From the IMG/VR virus record IMGVR_UViG_3300027969_000088: a DNA stretch of 20,000 nucleotides; one strand, 5' to 3'. This document shows, in pieces, positions 7,169 to 14,415 of the stretch. The notes under the pieces were generated by a model, which worked only from the letters and a program-made list of their open reading frames with translations, had not been told where the DNA came from and did no database searches. A program made the position numbers and the translations under genes. Origin of the DNA: an uncultured virus (IMG/VR IMGVR_UViG_3300027969_000088). Taxonomy: Duplodnaviria; Heunggongvirae; Uroviricota; Caudoviricetes. The stretch's first letter is position 1. Every line of letters begins with the position of its first letter.

Positions 7169-7683
7169 GTAAACCTATAGGCTTATGTTTGATTTTTGTG
7201 ATTTTTTCACAATAAAGTGCATTATAAGGAACAAAACAATACATTTAAGGAACTTTTATGACACATTAAGGAAGATTAGTGCTTTTTAAGGCACTTTTCT
7301 TTGTTCACGAAATCGTGTACATAAATGAATAGTGAACAATAAGGTCTCAGACTTATATTGAGTATTTATAAGGTAATGACCTAATATCTGGTATTGCGAT
7401 ATGCGATATTATATCTCCTAGGGTATATATAAAAAGCCTTGACATAAAAATATCTCATATTGCGATATTATACCTTTTAGGGTATAGATAATTTACTCCA
7501 GTATGTTTTTATTACCGATAGGGTATAATTGTGCAATATATCATACATTAACTCGGTTTTTTACCGATAAGGAGTAATATATCATACGTACGATGATTAC
7601 GTACACTTCGTAACGAACTATTCGTAATGATAAAAAAGTTTAGTTTTACTTTAGTCGGTCTCGAAATTTACCGAGGTGAGACC
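7169..7683. repeat. Array of diverse, mostly duplicated imperfect palindromes (operator-like)
   Basis: About 10 motif families, most present in 2-4 adjacent copies; listed in findings. Confidence 0.65.
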
Positions 7684-7695
7684 AAAAAATTTTTA

Positions 7696-7840
7696 GTGGG
7701 GGTTACAAAACTTTACAAATAAATACACGGGGGTTAAAAACAAGCCCCCCCCTTCTGTTAAAACTTGTGCGAGGTGTGAAGGTGATACGTTCCGAAAAGT
7801 CAGGTTGCCACCCAAAAAAAATATCCCCCCCTTTTTCCCT
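7696..7840. other. G/C homopolymer-rich segment, candidate genome terminus or packaging site
   Basis: G5 7698-7702, G5 7729-7733, C8 7745-7752 and A8-TAT-C7-T5 7814-7836 in AT-rich non-coding DNA, upstream of IHF-like sites and the small-gene cluster. Confidence 0.35.
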
Positions 7841-8004
7841 ATCTCGAAGCAAATAACTGATTGATTATCAATAACTTAACAGCCTAAATTGAATTAATTT
7901 GAACACAAAAAACGTATTCGCACTACTTAACTGATTGATATGCAATGAATTAAAATGTTCACACTCGTTCGATTGTGTACACTATCAATAAGTTAACTGC
8001 TCTA

Positions 8005-8404
8005 TTTAGAATTATTCTAAACAAAGCTCTTGCGTACACACGCACACACACACGCCTACACGTGCGCACATACACGCACCCTGGCGCACACACACGCACG
8101 TTATAGGGATTTTTTACCACTTCAGCAAATTTATTTGCTATTTATAATTATTCTAAATTACTTTGAATATTTTTTTATTTGAATTTTTTTGCCTATGCGC
8201 ATACACACGCACTCGCTGGTGCACACACGTACGCACGTTAACGGTTATTTTACTCACAATTGCAAATTTATTTTTTGCTATTTGATATCGATTATTTATT
8301 TTATTTGTTTAAACGAACAAAAATATTTTTAAAATTTATTTAATTGATTATCAATAACTTATAATTTATTTTACATTTTTTTTTAAATTCATAATGATTC
8401 TAAA
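8005..8404. promoter_or_regulatory. Three Fur/PerR-like inverted-repeat boxes
   Basis: TTTAGAATTATTCTAAA 8005-8021 (perfect 8-1-8), TTTATAATTATTCTAAA 8141-8157, TTCATAATGATTCTAAA 8388-8404. Confidence 0.5.
8031..8283. repeat. Alternating purine-pyrimidine (CA/CG) tracts within a degenerate ~80-90 bp direct repeat
   Basis: GCGCA.A.ACACGCAC..CTGG.GCACACAC..CGCACGTTA...GCAAATTTATTT(TTT)GCTATTT at about 8064-8143 and 8197-8283. Confidence 0.8.
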
Positions 8405-8583
8405 TAACATAATTATTTTATTGATTATCAGTAACTTACATTTTACATTTTTTTGCTAACTCATTGATAATCAACTATGTTTACCTATCGTTTCAAAAAA
8501 TTGCCTTGTAACTCATTGACTATCAATACCCTTTTGTTATAACTAATTGTTTATCAGTAACTTACGATTAAATTTTTGTGTTG

Positions 8584-8591
8584 TATGTTTG
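8584..8591 (+). promoter_or_regulatory. Putative early promoter -7 element
   Basis: TATGTTTG fits TAnnTTTG, right after the IHF-like array; no clean -33 TTTG at canonical spacing. Confidence 0.5.
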
Positions 8592-8619
8592 CATCGTTGG
8601 TTTAACACACTAACAACTT

Positions 8620-9051
8620 CAAATCACGTTTGCATAAAGTGTTTACACTACACAACGTGAGATTTATAAAAGCAGTAATAAAAACTGTTTTTTGTGAGAT
8701 GTGGACTCAAAGAAAAAATACCATTGGTGACGTAAAATCTATGTGCAAACGTAGTCCTACCTAAGTGGACGGGCATCCCTCTTGTGACCAAGTCAAAAAT
8801 GAGGGTGTATAATCGTGTAGCGTCCGAGTAATCGGGGAACGCCCGTGTTATATGCTTTCTTGAGGGGACTATAAGAAAACAGAGAGAAAACTGTTTTTGT
8901 GTAAGTGGCGTATAACTACGTCCTATTAGTCTATGATGGTTCAACCACTTCAATGTGAGAAACCTAAAAAATAATGTGCCGTAAAAACTACCTTGTTATA
9001 CATAAAGTTTGACATTGTATGTAGGTAACCTCGTGAGGTTAACAAGGTAGC
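8620..9051 (+). ncRNA. Large structured RNA or leader of unknown family
   Basis: No plus-strand ORF in the track; many nested stems, including 11-bp CTACCTTGTTA/TAACAAGGTAG, ACGGGC/GCCCGT and CCGA-GTAA-TCGG. Confidence 0.55.
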
Positions 9052-9065
9052 AAACTTTTAAACAT

Positions 9066-9455
9066 ATGAAAAACACACAAATCAAAATCGAAAACAACGG
9101 GACGTTCATCAAGTTTGACCTTGACACTAACAACACTAAAGACAACAACAAAGTAAGGCGAGCTTTAGTGTATCGTTTCTTTGACTATTACAACACTATG
9201 CGAGTACTGGGGGCAAAAGGTTTCAAGGGGAACGAGCCTTTTGTAGTCACTATTTTAATTGACGGGCAGTTACAATTTACGTCTGCAAATTTAACGACTC
9301 AAGTACAAACAAGGCTTAAGTTAATTAATAACCCAAAAGGTAGGGAACGTTTCGACTTCGCATTGGATACTATTATCGCAATGGCACAACGTTTCGAGAG
9401 TACAAATGTTGATGCAATTATCAAAGATGTTGCGACTCGTTTGTTAGAAGCATAA
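9066..9455 (+). CDS. Hypothetical protein, first gene of the putative early region
   Basis: 129-aa ORF with A-rich leader, followed by a terminator. Confidence 0.8.
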   Translation: MKNTQIKIENNGTFIKFDLDTNNTKDNNKVRRALVYRFFDYYNTMRVLGAKGFKGNEPFVVTILIDGQLQFTSANLTTQVQTRLKLINNPKGRERFDFALDTIIAMAQRFESTNVDAIIKDVATRLLEA

Positions 9456-9475
9456 TTTATCCTTACTATCTATTC

Positions 9476-9507
9476 ACCCCTATGGTAATTATCATAGGGG
9501 TTTTTTT
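9476..9507 (+). terminator. Rho-independent terminator
   Basis: ACCCCTATGGT-AATT-ATCATAGGGG followed by T7. Confidence 0.85.
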
Positions 9508-9578
9508 ATGTCTATAAATATGGACAGTCAAAAACAATCATCAACACTCACCAGGCTTAGTCTGTATTAGCAAGTCTA

Positions 9579-9630
9579 TGTAAATTCACAAATCGGTGTG
9601 CCGTACGTTCGAGTCGTACATTTACAGCCA
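9579..9630 (+). ncRNA. 52-nt mini-tRNA lacking the entire anticodon arm, with encoded CCA
   Basis: TGTAAAT/ATTTACA 7-bp acceptor, CAC-AAATCGGT-GTG D arm, CC linker, GTACG-TTCGAGT-CGTAC T arm, G-CCA end. Confidence 0.75.
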
Positions 9631-9654
9631 AAACAAAAATCTAAACATACAATT

Positions 9655-9840
9655 ATGAGTCTAAAAAATCAAAGTCTAATTATGACCTTTTTAGGTCTTG
9701 CACTATCAGTCTTATTGATAGCCGTGTCTTATCACTTTTCCTTACCAAATTGGGTAGAATACTTAGGGGCATTTTGCTTTTTTGTATTTGTAGTCGTGCT
9801 GTGTTTTGAAATGTATATCGATGATACTTATAAAAAATAA
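9655..9840 (+). CDS. Small two-TM membrane protein
   Basis: AATT-ATG start at 9655 (MSLKNQ), because the track's GTG 9598 lies inside the mini-tRNA; two hydrophobic stretches. Confidence 0.7.
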   Translation: MSLKNQSLIMTFLGLALSVLLIAVSYHFSLPNWVEYLGAFCFFVFVVVLCFEMYIDDTYKK

Positions 9841-9844
9841 AACT

Positions 9845-10141
9845 ATGAAACAAATCACACAACAAGCAGTCGGAGCTTTTATGAATGCACAACCATTCAA
9901 AAGAGACAACACACAAGTAAAAGTATTACCAAACGTAACAATCTTGTCACTATTCGGTAATGATATTGCTTACCTATACAACGATCCAGAACGCACTTTA
10001 AGTATCACCAATTGTGGTTGGTTCTCCAAGACAACAAAAGAACGTCTTAATGGTATACCGAATGTAAACATCTCTCAAAAGAAAGGCGAGTGGTATTTAA
10101 ATGGTGTACTATGGAATGGTGGAGTAACTGATATAAAATAA
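9845..10141 (+). CDS. Conserved phage hypothetical protein
   Basis: MKQITQQAV.AF...LFGN.IA...GW.S.TTKERLN; AAACT-ATG start. Confidence 0.8.
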   Translation: MKQITQQAVGAFMNAQPFKRDNTQVKVLPNVTILSLFGNDIAYLYNDPERTLSITNCGWFSKTTKERLNGIPNVNISQKKGEWYLNGVLWNGGVTDIK

Positions 10142-10148
10142 AAAAACT

Positions 10149-10850
10149 ATGAATATAAAAACTTTATTAGCCGATGGCAAGACCAATGCCAAAACCAAAA
10201 AGAACGTGCGTCCTACGGGTATGCTCTATCTACACCCCTCTATAGTAGAGGGTAAAGATATGTGTCCCTTTGCTACTGTCAATTGTCGAGCTGCTTGTCT
10301 TAATACAGCCGGTATGGGTGCTTGGAGCAATACACAATTAGCACGTCTCAATAAGACTAAGTACTACGTATCAGATAGACAAAAGTTCTTGGCTCAACTC
10401 TCTATAGAGATTAATAAGATGGCAAGAAAGTATTCATCTGAGACCCTTGCCATACGTCTCAATGGTACAAGCGACCAACCTTTAGTAGAGCAAATTGTCA
10501 AGGACTTTACAATTGCCGACAACGTAGTGTTCTATGACTACACAAAGAATCACAAAAAGGCTGGAGAACGTACCTTTCTAAGTGGTCACAAGTATGTAGT
10601 CACATATAGCCTACACGAAAATAATATCGAGTCGTTTCAGTATATGCTCGACAACAAACTATGTAATGGTGCTGTAGTATTCAACCTCAAACCTAATCAG
10701 CCTATGATTACTGAATGGCGTGGTTTCCCCGTGGTAGATGGTGACGAGCGTGACGATCTTATGCTCGACATACCCAAGGGTACTATCTTAGGACTCAGAG
10801 CCAAAGGTAAGGCAAGAAAAGATACTTCGGGCTTTGTTATTCATCTATAA
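10149..10850 (+). CDS. Gp88-like (radical-SAM-related) phage protein
   Basis: CPFATVNCRAAC cysteine cluster, IRLNGTSD, FYDYTK, VDGD..D, GLRAKG. Confidence 0.8.
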   Translation: MNIKTLLADGKTNAKTKKNVRPTGMLYLHPSIVEGKDMCPFATVNCRAACLNTAGMGAWSNTQLARLNKTKYYVSDRQKFLAQLSIEINKMARKYSSETLAIRLNGTSDQPLVEQIVKDFTIADNVVFYDYTKNHKKAGERTFLSGHKYVVTYSLHENNIESFQYMLDNKLCNGAVVFNLKPNQPMITEWRGFPVVDGDERDDLMLDIPKGTILGLRAKGKARKDTSGFVIHL

Positions 10851-10869
10851 CCCCCAAAACACTCATCAT

Positions 10870-11052
10870 ATGACTACATCAATTAAATTTGGCGATTTCG
10901 TGAAAATGATTTCGCCTACAGACATTAATCAAGTCTACATCGTTATAGGTGTAGACTCACAACAAGCAACTATAGAAGAACTCTATACCGATGCTATGTA
11001 CCCACAAACACACAATGTACAACTAAACCAAATCTACAAATATGACTTTTAA
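10870..11052 (+). CDS. Small hypothetical protein (SH3/KOW-like)
   Basis: ATG 10870 (MTTSIKFGDFVK) preferred over 10834. Confidence 0.6.
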   Translation: MTTSIKFGDFVKMISPTDINQVYIVIGVDSQQATIEELYTDAMYPQTHNVQLNQIYKYDF

Positions 11053-11218
11053 CGAATTTACAACGTGGTGCAAAGGCAAGATTGTTATGCACCCAGACAA
11101 GAAACAAGACATCATCGAATTCCATTCATTAGCACATAGCGAAATCGCTGATGGTGGTAGTGAACAACACGAAATCGACTTAGCAATGAACGACATAAAC
11201 GACTTAATCAATGGATAA
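11042..11218 (+). CDS. Small acidic hypothetical protein (58 aa, not in ORF track)
   Basis: MTFNEFTTWCKGKIVMHPDKKQDIIEFHSLAHSEIADGGSEQHEIDLAMNDINDLING; fills the gap and overlaps both neighbours. Confidence 0.75.
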   Translation: MTFNEFTTWCKGKIVMHPDKKQDIIEFHSLAHSEIADGGSEQHEIDLAMNDINDLING

Positions 11219-11384
11219 CACTTTATTAAACGCAAAACAATGGTTCGAGTCTATGGGCTACGAAGTTAATATATTTGTAGGTTCACTATACCTACAATTA
11301 GAAAGTTGCTCAGTAGAATTATCTCAACGTGAGATTGAAGGCAGAGCACAACAATGGATTGATGAATTAGATAGAGAAGATTAA
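11211..11384 (+). CDS. Small acidic hypothetical protein (57 aa, not in ORF track)
   Basis: MDNTLLNAKQWFESMGYEV...QQWIDELDRED; ends 2 nt before the next ATG. Confidence 0.7.
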   Translation: MDNTLLNAKQWFESMGYEVNIFVGSLYLQLESCSVELSQREIEGRAQQWIDELDRED

Positions 11385-11386
11385 AT

Positions 11387-12040
11387 ATGAGACCCTTAAA
11401 TATATTAGTTGCTTGTGAGTACTCAGGTGCAGTACGCCAAGCGTTTAGAAAGTTAGGACACAATGCAATATCTTGTGACCTCTTGGAAGCCGAAGACAAT
11501 AGCCCGTATCATCACACGGGCGATGTCTTTCAAATTATCAATGCCAATCCTATGAATGGTCAGCCGTGGGACTTAATGATAGCACACCCACCTTGTACGG
11601 ATCTGGCAGTAAGTGGTAGCCGTTGGTTTCCCGAAAAGATAGCAGATGGTAGGCAAGAACGAGCACTACAATTTGTACGTGACCTTATGGATGCACCCAT
11701 AGAGCATATCCTTATAGAGAATCCTATTAGTGTTATCTCCTCTAAGATTAGAAAGCCTAATCAGATTATTCAACCGTGGCAGTTCGGAGACCCATTCCAA
11801 AAGTCTACTTGTCTATGGCTAAAGAATCTACCATTGTTAGCACACACTAAGATAGTAGACAAAGGAGAATTCAAAGAATGGATTGACAAGAAAACCGGTA
11901 AGACTAAACGCCAAGCAACGTGGTACTATGAAGCTTTCAAACGTGGCAAAGAAGACAGATGGAAAGATCGATCACGTACCTTTCAAGGTATAGCCGATGC
12001 CATAGCCGACCAATATTCTAATTATATTTTAAATAAATAG
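11387..12040 (+). CDS. Compact phage DNA cytosine methyltransferase-like protein
   Basis: ILVACEYSG..R.AF..LGH.A.SCDL, AHPPCT, IENP, QPWQFG, K.TCLWL, RS.TF.GIA.A.A.Q. Confidence 0.85.
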   Translation: MRPLNILVACEYSGAVRQAFRKLGHNAISCDLLEAEDNSPYHHTGDVFQIINANPMNGQPWDLMIAHPPCTDLAVSGSRWFPEKIADGRQERALQFVRDLMDAPIEHILIENPISVISSKIRKPNQIIQPWQFGDPFQKSTCLWLKNLPLLAHTKIVDKGEFKEWIDKKTGKTKRQATWYYEAFKRGKEDRWKDRSRTFQGIADAIADQYSNYILNK

Positions 12041-12068
12041 TAAATTATAATAAATTATAATATATTTG
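12041..12068 (+). promoter_or_regulatory. Putative promoter with tandem TAAATTATAA x2
   Basis: TAAATTATAA repeated at 12041-12060, TATATTTG 12061-12068, ATG 12073. Confidence 0.5.
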
Positions 12069-12072
12069 AACA

Positions 12073-12531
12073 ATGAAACAACAGACTAAATTCAAAGTAG
12101 CAGTAAGAAAATACCCTATAGAGTATTCAAGAGAAGGTACTATAGGTCTGATGCAAGAAAAATGGGAACGATTACGTGACGATAATGGTATCATTCAATA
12201 TCACTACGCTTACCGACCAGAAGAAGGACAAGTATTCTACACTATACAACCTACACTAAAGAAATGTCGTGCACAAAGGAATGAAGTTTTATTGGAAAGA
12301 TTATTAAAGTGTGGTTATGATATAAACAAAGAACATATAATGTTAGCGTTCGGAGAATCTATATGGTGGTATCCACTTAAAACGGGTGGTAGATTCATAT
12401 ACGATTGGAACGAGGCAATTGGTATTGCTATGGCTAATGGTGTTACTGTAAGATTAAAGTTAGGCGATTTAGAATGGGATAACTTAGACGATCCTAATGC
12501 TACTCGCTATTGTATGAGAACAAAAAAATAA
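12073..12531 (+). CDS. Hypothetical protein
   Basis: 152-aa ORF; C-x-x-x-R motif (LKKCRAQRN). Confidence 0.7.
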   Translation: MKQQTKFKVAVRKYPIEYSREGTIGLMQEKWERLRDDNGIIQYHYAYRPEEGQVFYTIQPTLKKCRAQRNEVLLERLLKCGYDINKEHIMLAFGESIWWYPLKTGGRFIYDWNEAIGIAMANGVTVRLKLGDLEWDNLDDPNATRYCMRTKK

Positions 12532-12539
12532 ATATAGAT

Positions 12540-12809
12540 ATGACAAAATTATTAGTAAAAGACGCAATCGAAATCATTAAGAGTAAGAGATTTTTCTCTG
12601 CTGTGTTCACAAAGAAAGATGGTACTACACGCTACATCTATGGTAGGTATGGTGTGAAGAAACATCTGAAACCCAATGCTAAACCCCAAGCCTATAACCC
12701 ATCAGAACGTGGTTACTTGACTATATGGGATATGCAGAAAAAAGAATATAGATTAATAAACACCCAAACACTCACCGTTATAAACCACAAAAAAATATAT
12801 GTTAAATAA
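12540..12809 (+). CDS. SH3/WYL-like small phage protein
   Basis: FFSAVFTKKDGTTR...IWDMQKKEYRLIN; ATG 12540 preferred. Confidence 0.7.
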   Translation: MTKLLVKDAIEIIKSKRFFSAVFTKKDGTTRYIYGRYGVKKHLKPNAKPQAYNPSERGYLTIWDMQKKEYRLINTQTLTVINHKKIYVK

Positions 12810-13050
12810 ATTAATAAACTTTAAAATTGAAGTTGCTTACGCTCTTAAAGAGTATCCGGAAATAACTGAAGAAATCAATAATATACACGACTATTGTATG
12901 TTGTTTATGACTGACGGCTTAGTAATATTTAGCAACGAATTAGATATTGCTCTCAATGATTTAGAAGAGTTAATAGAAAGAAACAAAGAAGTCTCCAGTC
13001 ATACTGATTGGAGTACTGAGTACGAAACAATTTACGAAAGAGACTTATAA
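12799..13050 (+). CDS. Small acidic hypothetical protein, similar to 11042..11218
   Basis: Shared P....I...H......DG.....E.D.A.ND...LI pattern. Confidence 0.7.
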   Translation: MLNKLINFKIEVAYALKEYPEITEEINNIHDYCMLFMTDGLVIFSNELDIALNDLEELIERNKEVSSHTDWSTEYETIYERDL

Positions 13051-13052
13051 TT

Positions 13053-13271
13053 ATGCAAAAAACATTTAGAATCGGAGAATCTGCAATCGGTGGTATTGTA
13101 GTAGTTAAGACACGTCCTAAAAACGTGTATGAAGTTACTTGCTTAGACTGGTATACAAAAGAAAAAGTTCAATGGAGATTTGTATACGGACTCGAAGAAC
13201 TTAAAGATTATTTAACGGACATTAGCACATACTATTGGGCTGATAAAATAACAAAACACTTTAAAAAATGA
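13053..13271 (+). CDS. Hypothetical protein
   Basis: KTFRIGE.A.GGI...T.YWADKI; operonic packing. Confidence 0.75.
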   Translation: MQKTFRIGESAIGGIVVVKTRPKNVYEVTCLDWYTKEKVQWRFVYGLEELKDYLTDISTYYWADKITKHFKK

Positions 13272-13441
13272 AATATACTATAGAACAAATCGATGCAATG
13301 CTGTACGCATTAGACGATGCAATTTATGAATCAGAATTAAAACTGAACATTGAAGACGATAACGAGTTGAGAGATGCTCACATTGAACAATTAAGACAAT
13401 TAGATAACATATTTAACTTATTAAACGATTTAAAATTATGA
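13268..13441 (+). CDS. Small acidic helical protein (57 aa, not in ORF track)
   Basis: MKYTIEQIDAMLYALDDAIYESELKLNIEDDNELRDAHIEQLRQLDNIFNLLNDLKL; ATGA overlaps at both ends. Confidence 0.75.
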   Translation: MKYTIEQIDAMLYALDDAIYESELKLNIEDDNELRDAHIEQLRQLDNIFNLLNDLKL

Positions 13442-13785
13442 AACACACAATTATAACAGAAGTAGAAAATTCCGATATAAACATTGTAATGTTTATCGAA
13501 GACCACGCATTGGTAGGTATTAATTATTGGTTTGGACTCGGAGACCCACTCGGTCCAGAACTAAGTGACTTTTTTGGTAAACCTGATCGAATCTTATTCG
13601 ATTATGTTAAAAGGTATTACAACAATGCAGAATATGACGTTGATTACTTTTTTCCATCGCCAGATTTTGACCATCAAGTAAAAAGATTAGATGGTATTAT
13701 GTCTGCTATGCATCAAGTAAACTTTATCGAGGAGCAGATAAGCGAATTGCAATTAACAATTAAAAACTTAATGGAGAACTTATAA
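13438..13785 (+). CDS. Hypothetical protein
   Basis: Operonic acidic ORF. Confidence 0.7.
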   Translation: MKHTIITEVENSDINIVMFIEDHALVGINYWFGLGDPLGPELSDFFGKPDRILFDYVKRYYNNAEYDVDYFFPSPDFDHQVKRLDGIMSAMHQVNFIEEQISELQLTIKNLMENL

Positions 13786-13787
13786 AT

Positions 13788-14147
13788 ATGGGACGTTATT
13801 ATTCAGGGGACATCGAAGGCAAGTTTTGGTTTGCTGTCCAATCATCAGGTTGTGCTGACCGTTTTGGTAGCATTGGTTATGAACCTTCTTGCATTGAATA
13901 CCATTTTGACTTCGAACATTTGTCGGGAGTAAAAGAAGAGATTCAAAATATAGAAGAAAAGTTAGGAGACAAGAAACAAAAGTTAGATGACTTCTTCGCA
14001 GAAGTAATTAGTTACTCAGACAAATCGATTGCAGATTTAGGAGTTACTAAAGATGACTTATCAGAGTATGCTGATCTACTGATGGGTTATAAAATTAGAG
14101 ATTGTATTGAAGACACGGGAGCGTGTAGTTTTACTGCTGAATTATAA
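13788..14147 (+). CDS. Conserved phage hypothetical protein (MGRYY.GDIEGKFWF family)
   Basis: Distinctive N-terminus and C-terminal LG..I..C....G.C.F.AEL-like motif. Confidence 0.8.
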   Translation: MGRYYSGDIEGKFWFAVQSSGCADRFGSIGYEPSCIEYHFDFEHLSGVKEEIQNIEEKLGDKKQKLDDFFAEVISYSDKSIADLGVTKDDLSEYADLLMGYKIRDCIEDTGACSFTAEL

Positions 14148-14169
14148 TAAACAATTTAAAAATAAACAT

Positions 14170-14415
14170 ATGAGACAAGTAACAATTAAAGTACAACGTA
14201 CTTACACCAAAGAAGCACAGGTAACTATTGAGTTACCTGACAATGTAGTATTAGACTATGTAGATGATTATCTACTTGCAAATCAAGGATTGTATGAGAA
14301 TAGAATTCAATATGCAATGGATAAGCAAGAACATTCTTTTGACGATGAAACAATACGTTATGATGTTACCGAAGAAGTAACAGAACGTAGACATATCTGG
14401 GGAGGTACATTATGA
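14170..14415 (+). CDS. Hypothetical protein
   Basis: ATG 14170 (MRQVTIKV) after an A-rich leader; ends WGGTL. Confidence 0.7.
   Translation: MRQVTIKVQRTYTKEAQVTIELPDNVVLDYVDDYLLANQGLYENRIQYAMDKQEHSFDDETIRYDVTEEVTERRHIWGGTL

Larger units (their letters stand above)
7854..8564. repeat. Eight copies of a TAACTNATTGATTATCAATAACTTA-type motif (back-to-back IHF-like sites)
   Basis: Copies at 7854, 7928, 7983 (half), 8337, 8414, 8457, 8509 and 8540; in the best copies both halves fit WATCARNNNNTTR. Confidence 0.75.

Noticed and set aside
7196..7212. CRP or Rex binding site
   Set aside because: The spacer is 5 nt instead of 6; kept only as one member of the palindrome array
7169..8564. CRISPR array
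   Set aside because: Repeats are degenerate, of many types and irregularly spaced; no cas genes
8648..8953. 101-aa minus-strand ORF
   Set aside because: TTG start, atypical composition and opposite to local transcription; the region is better explained as structured RNA
11239..11253. T-loop-like ATGG-TTCGAGT-CTAT
   Set aside because: Weak stem, no acceptor or D arm, and it lies inside a well-packed ORF (QWFESM)
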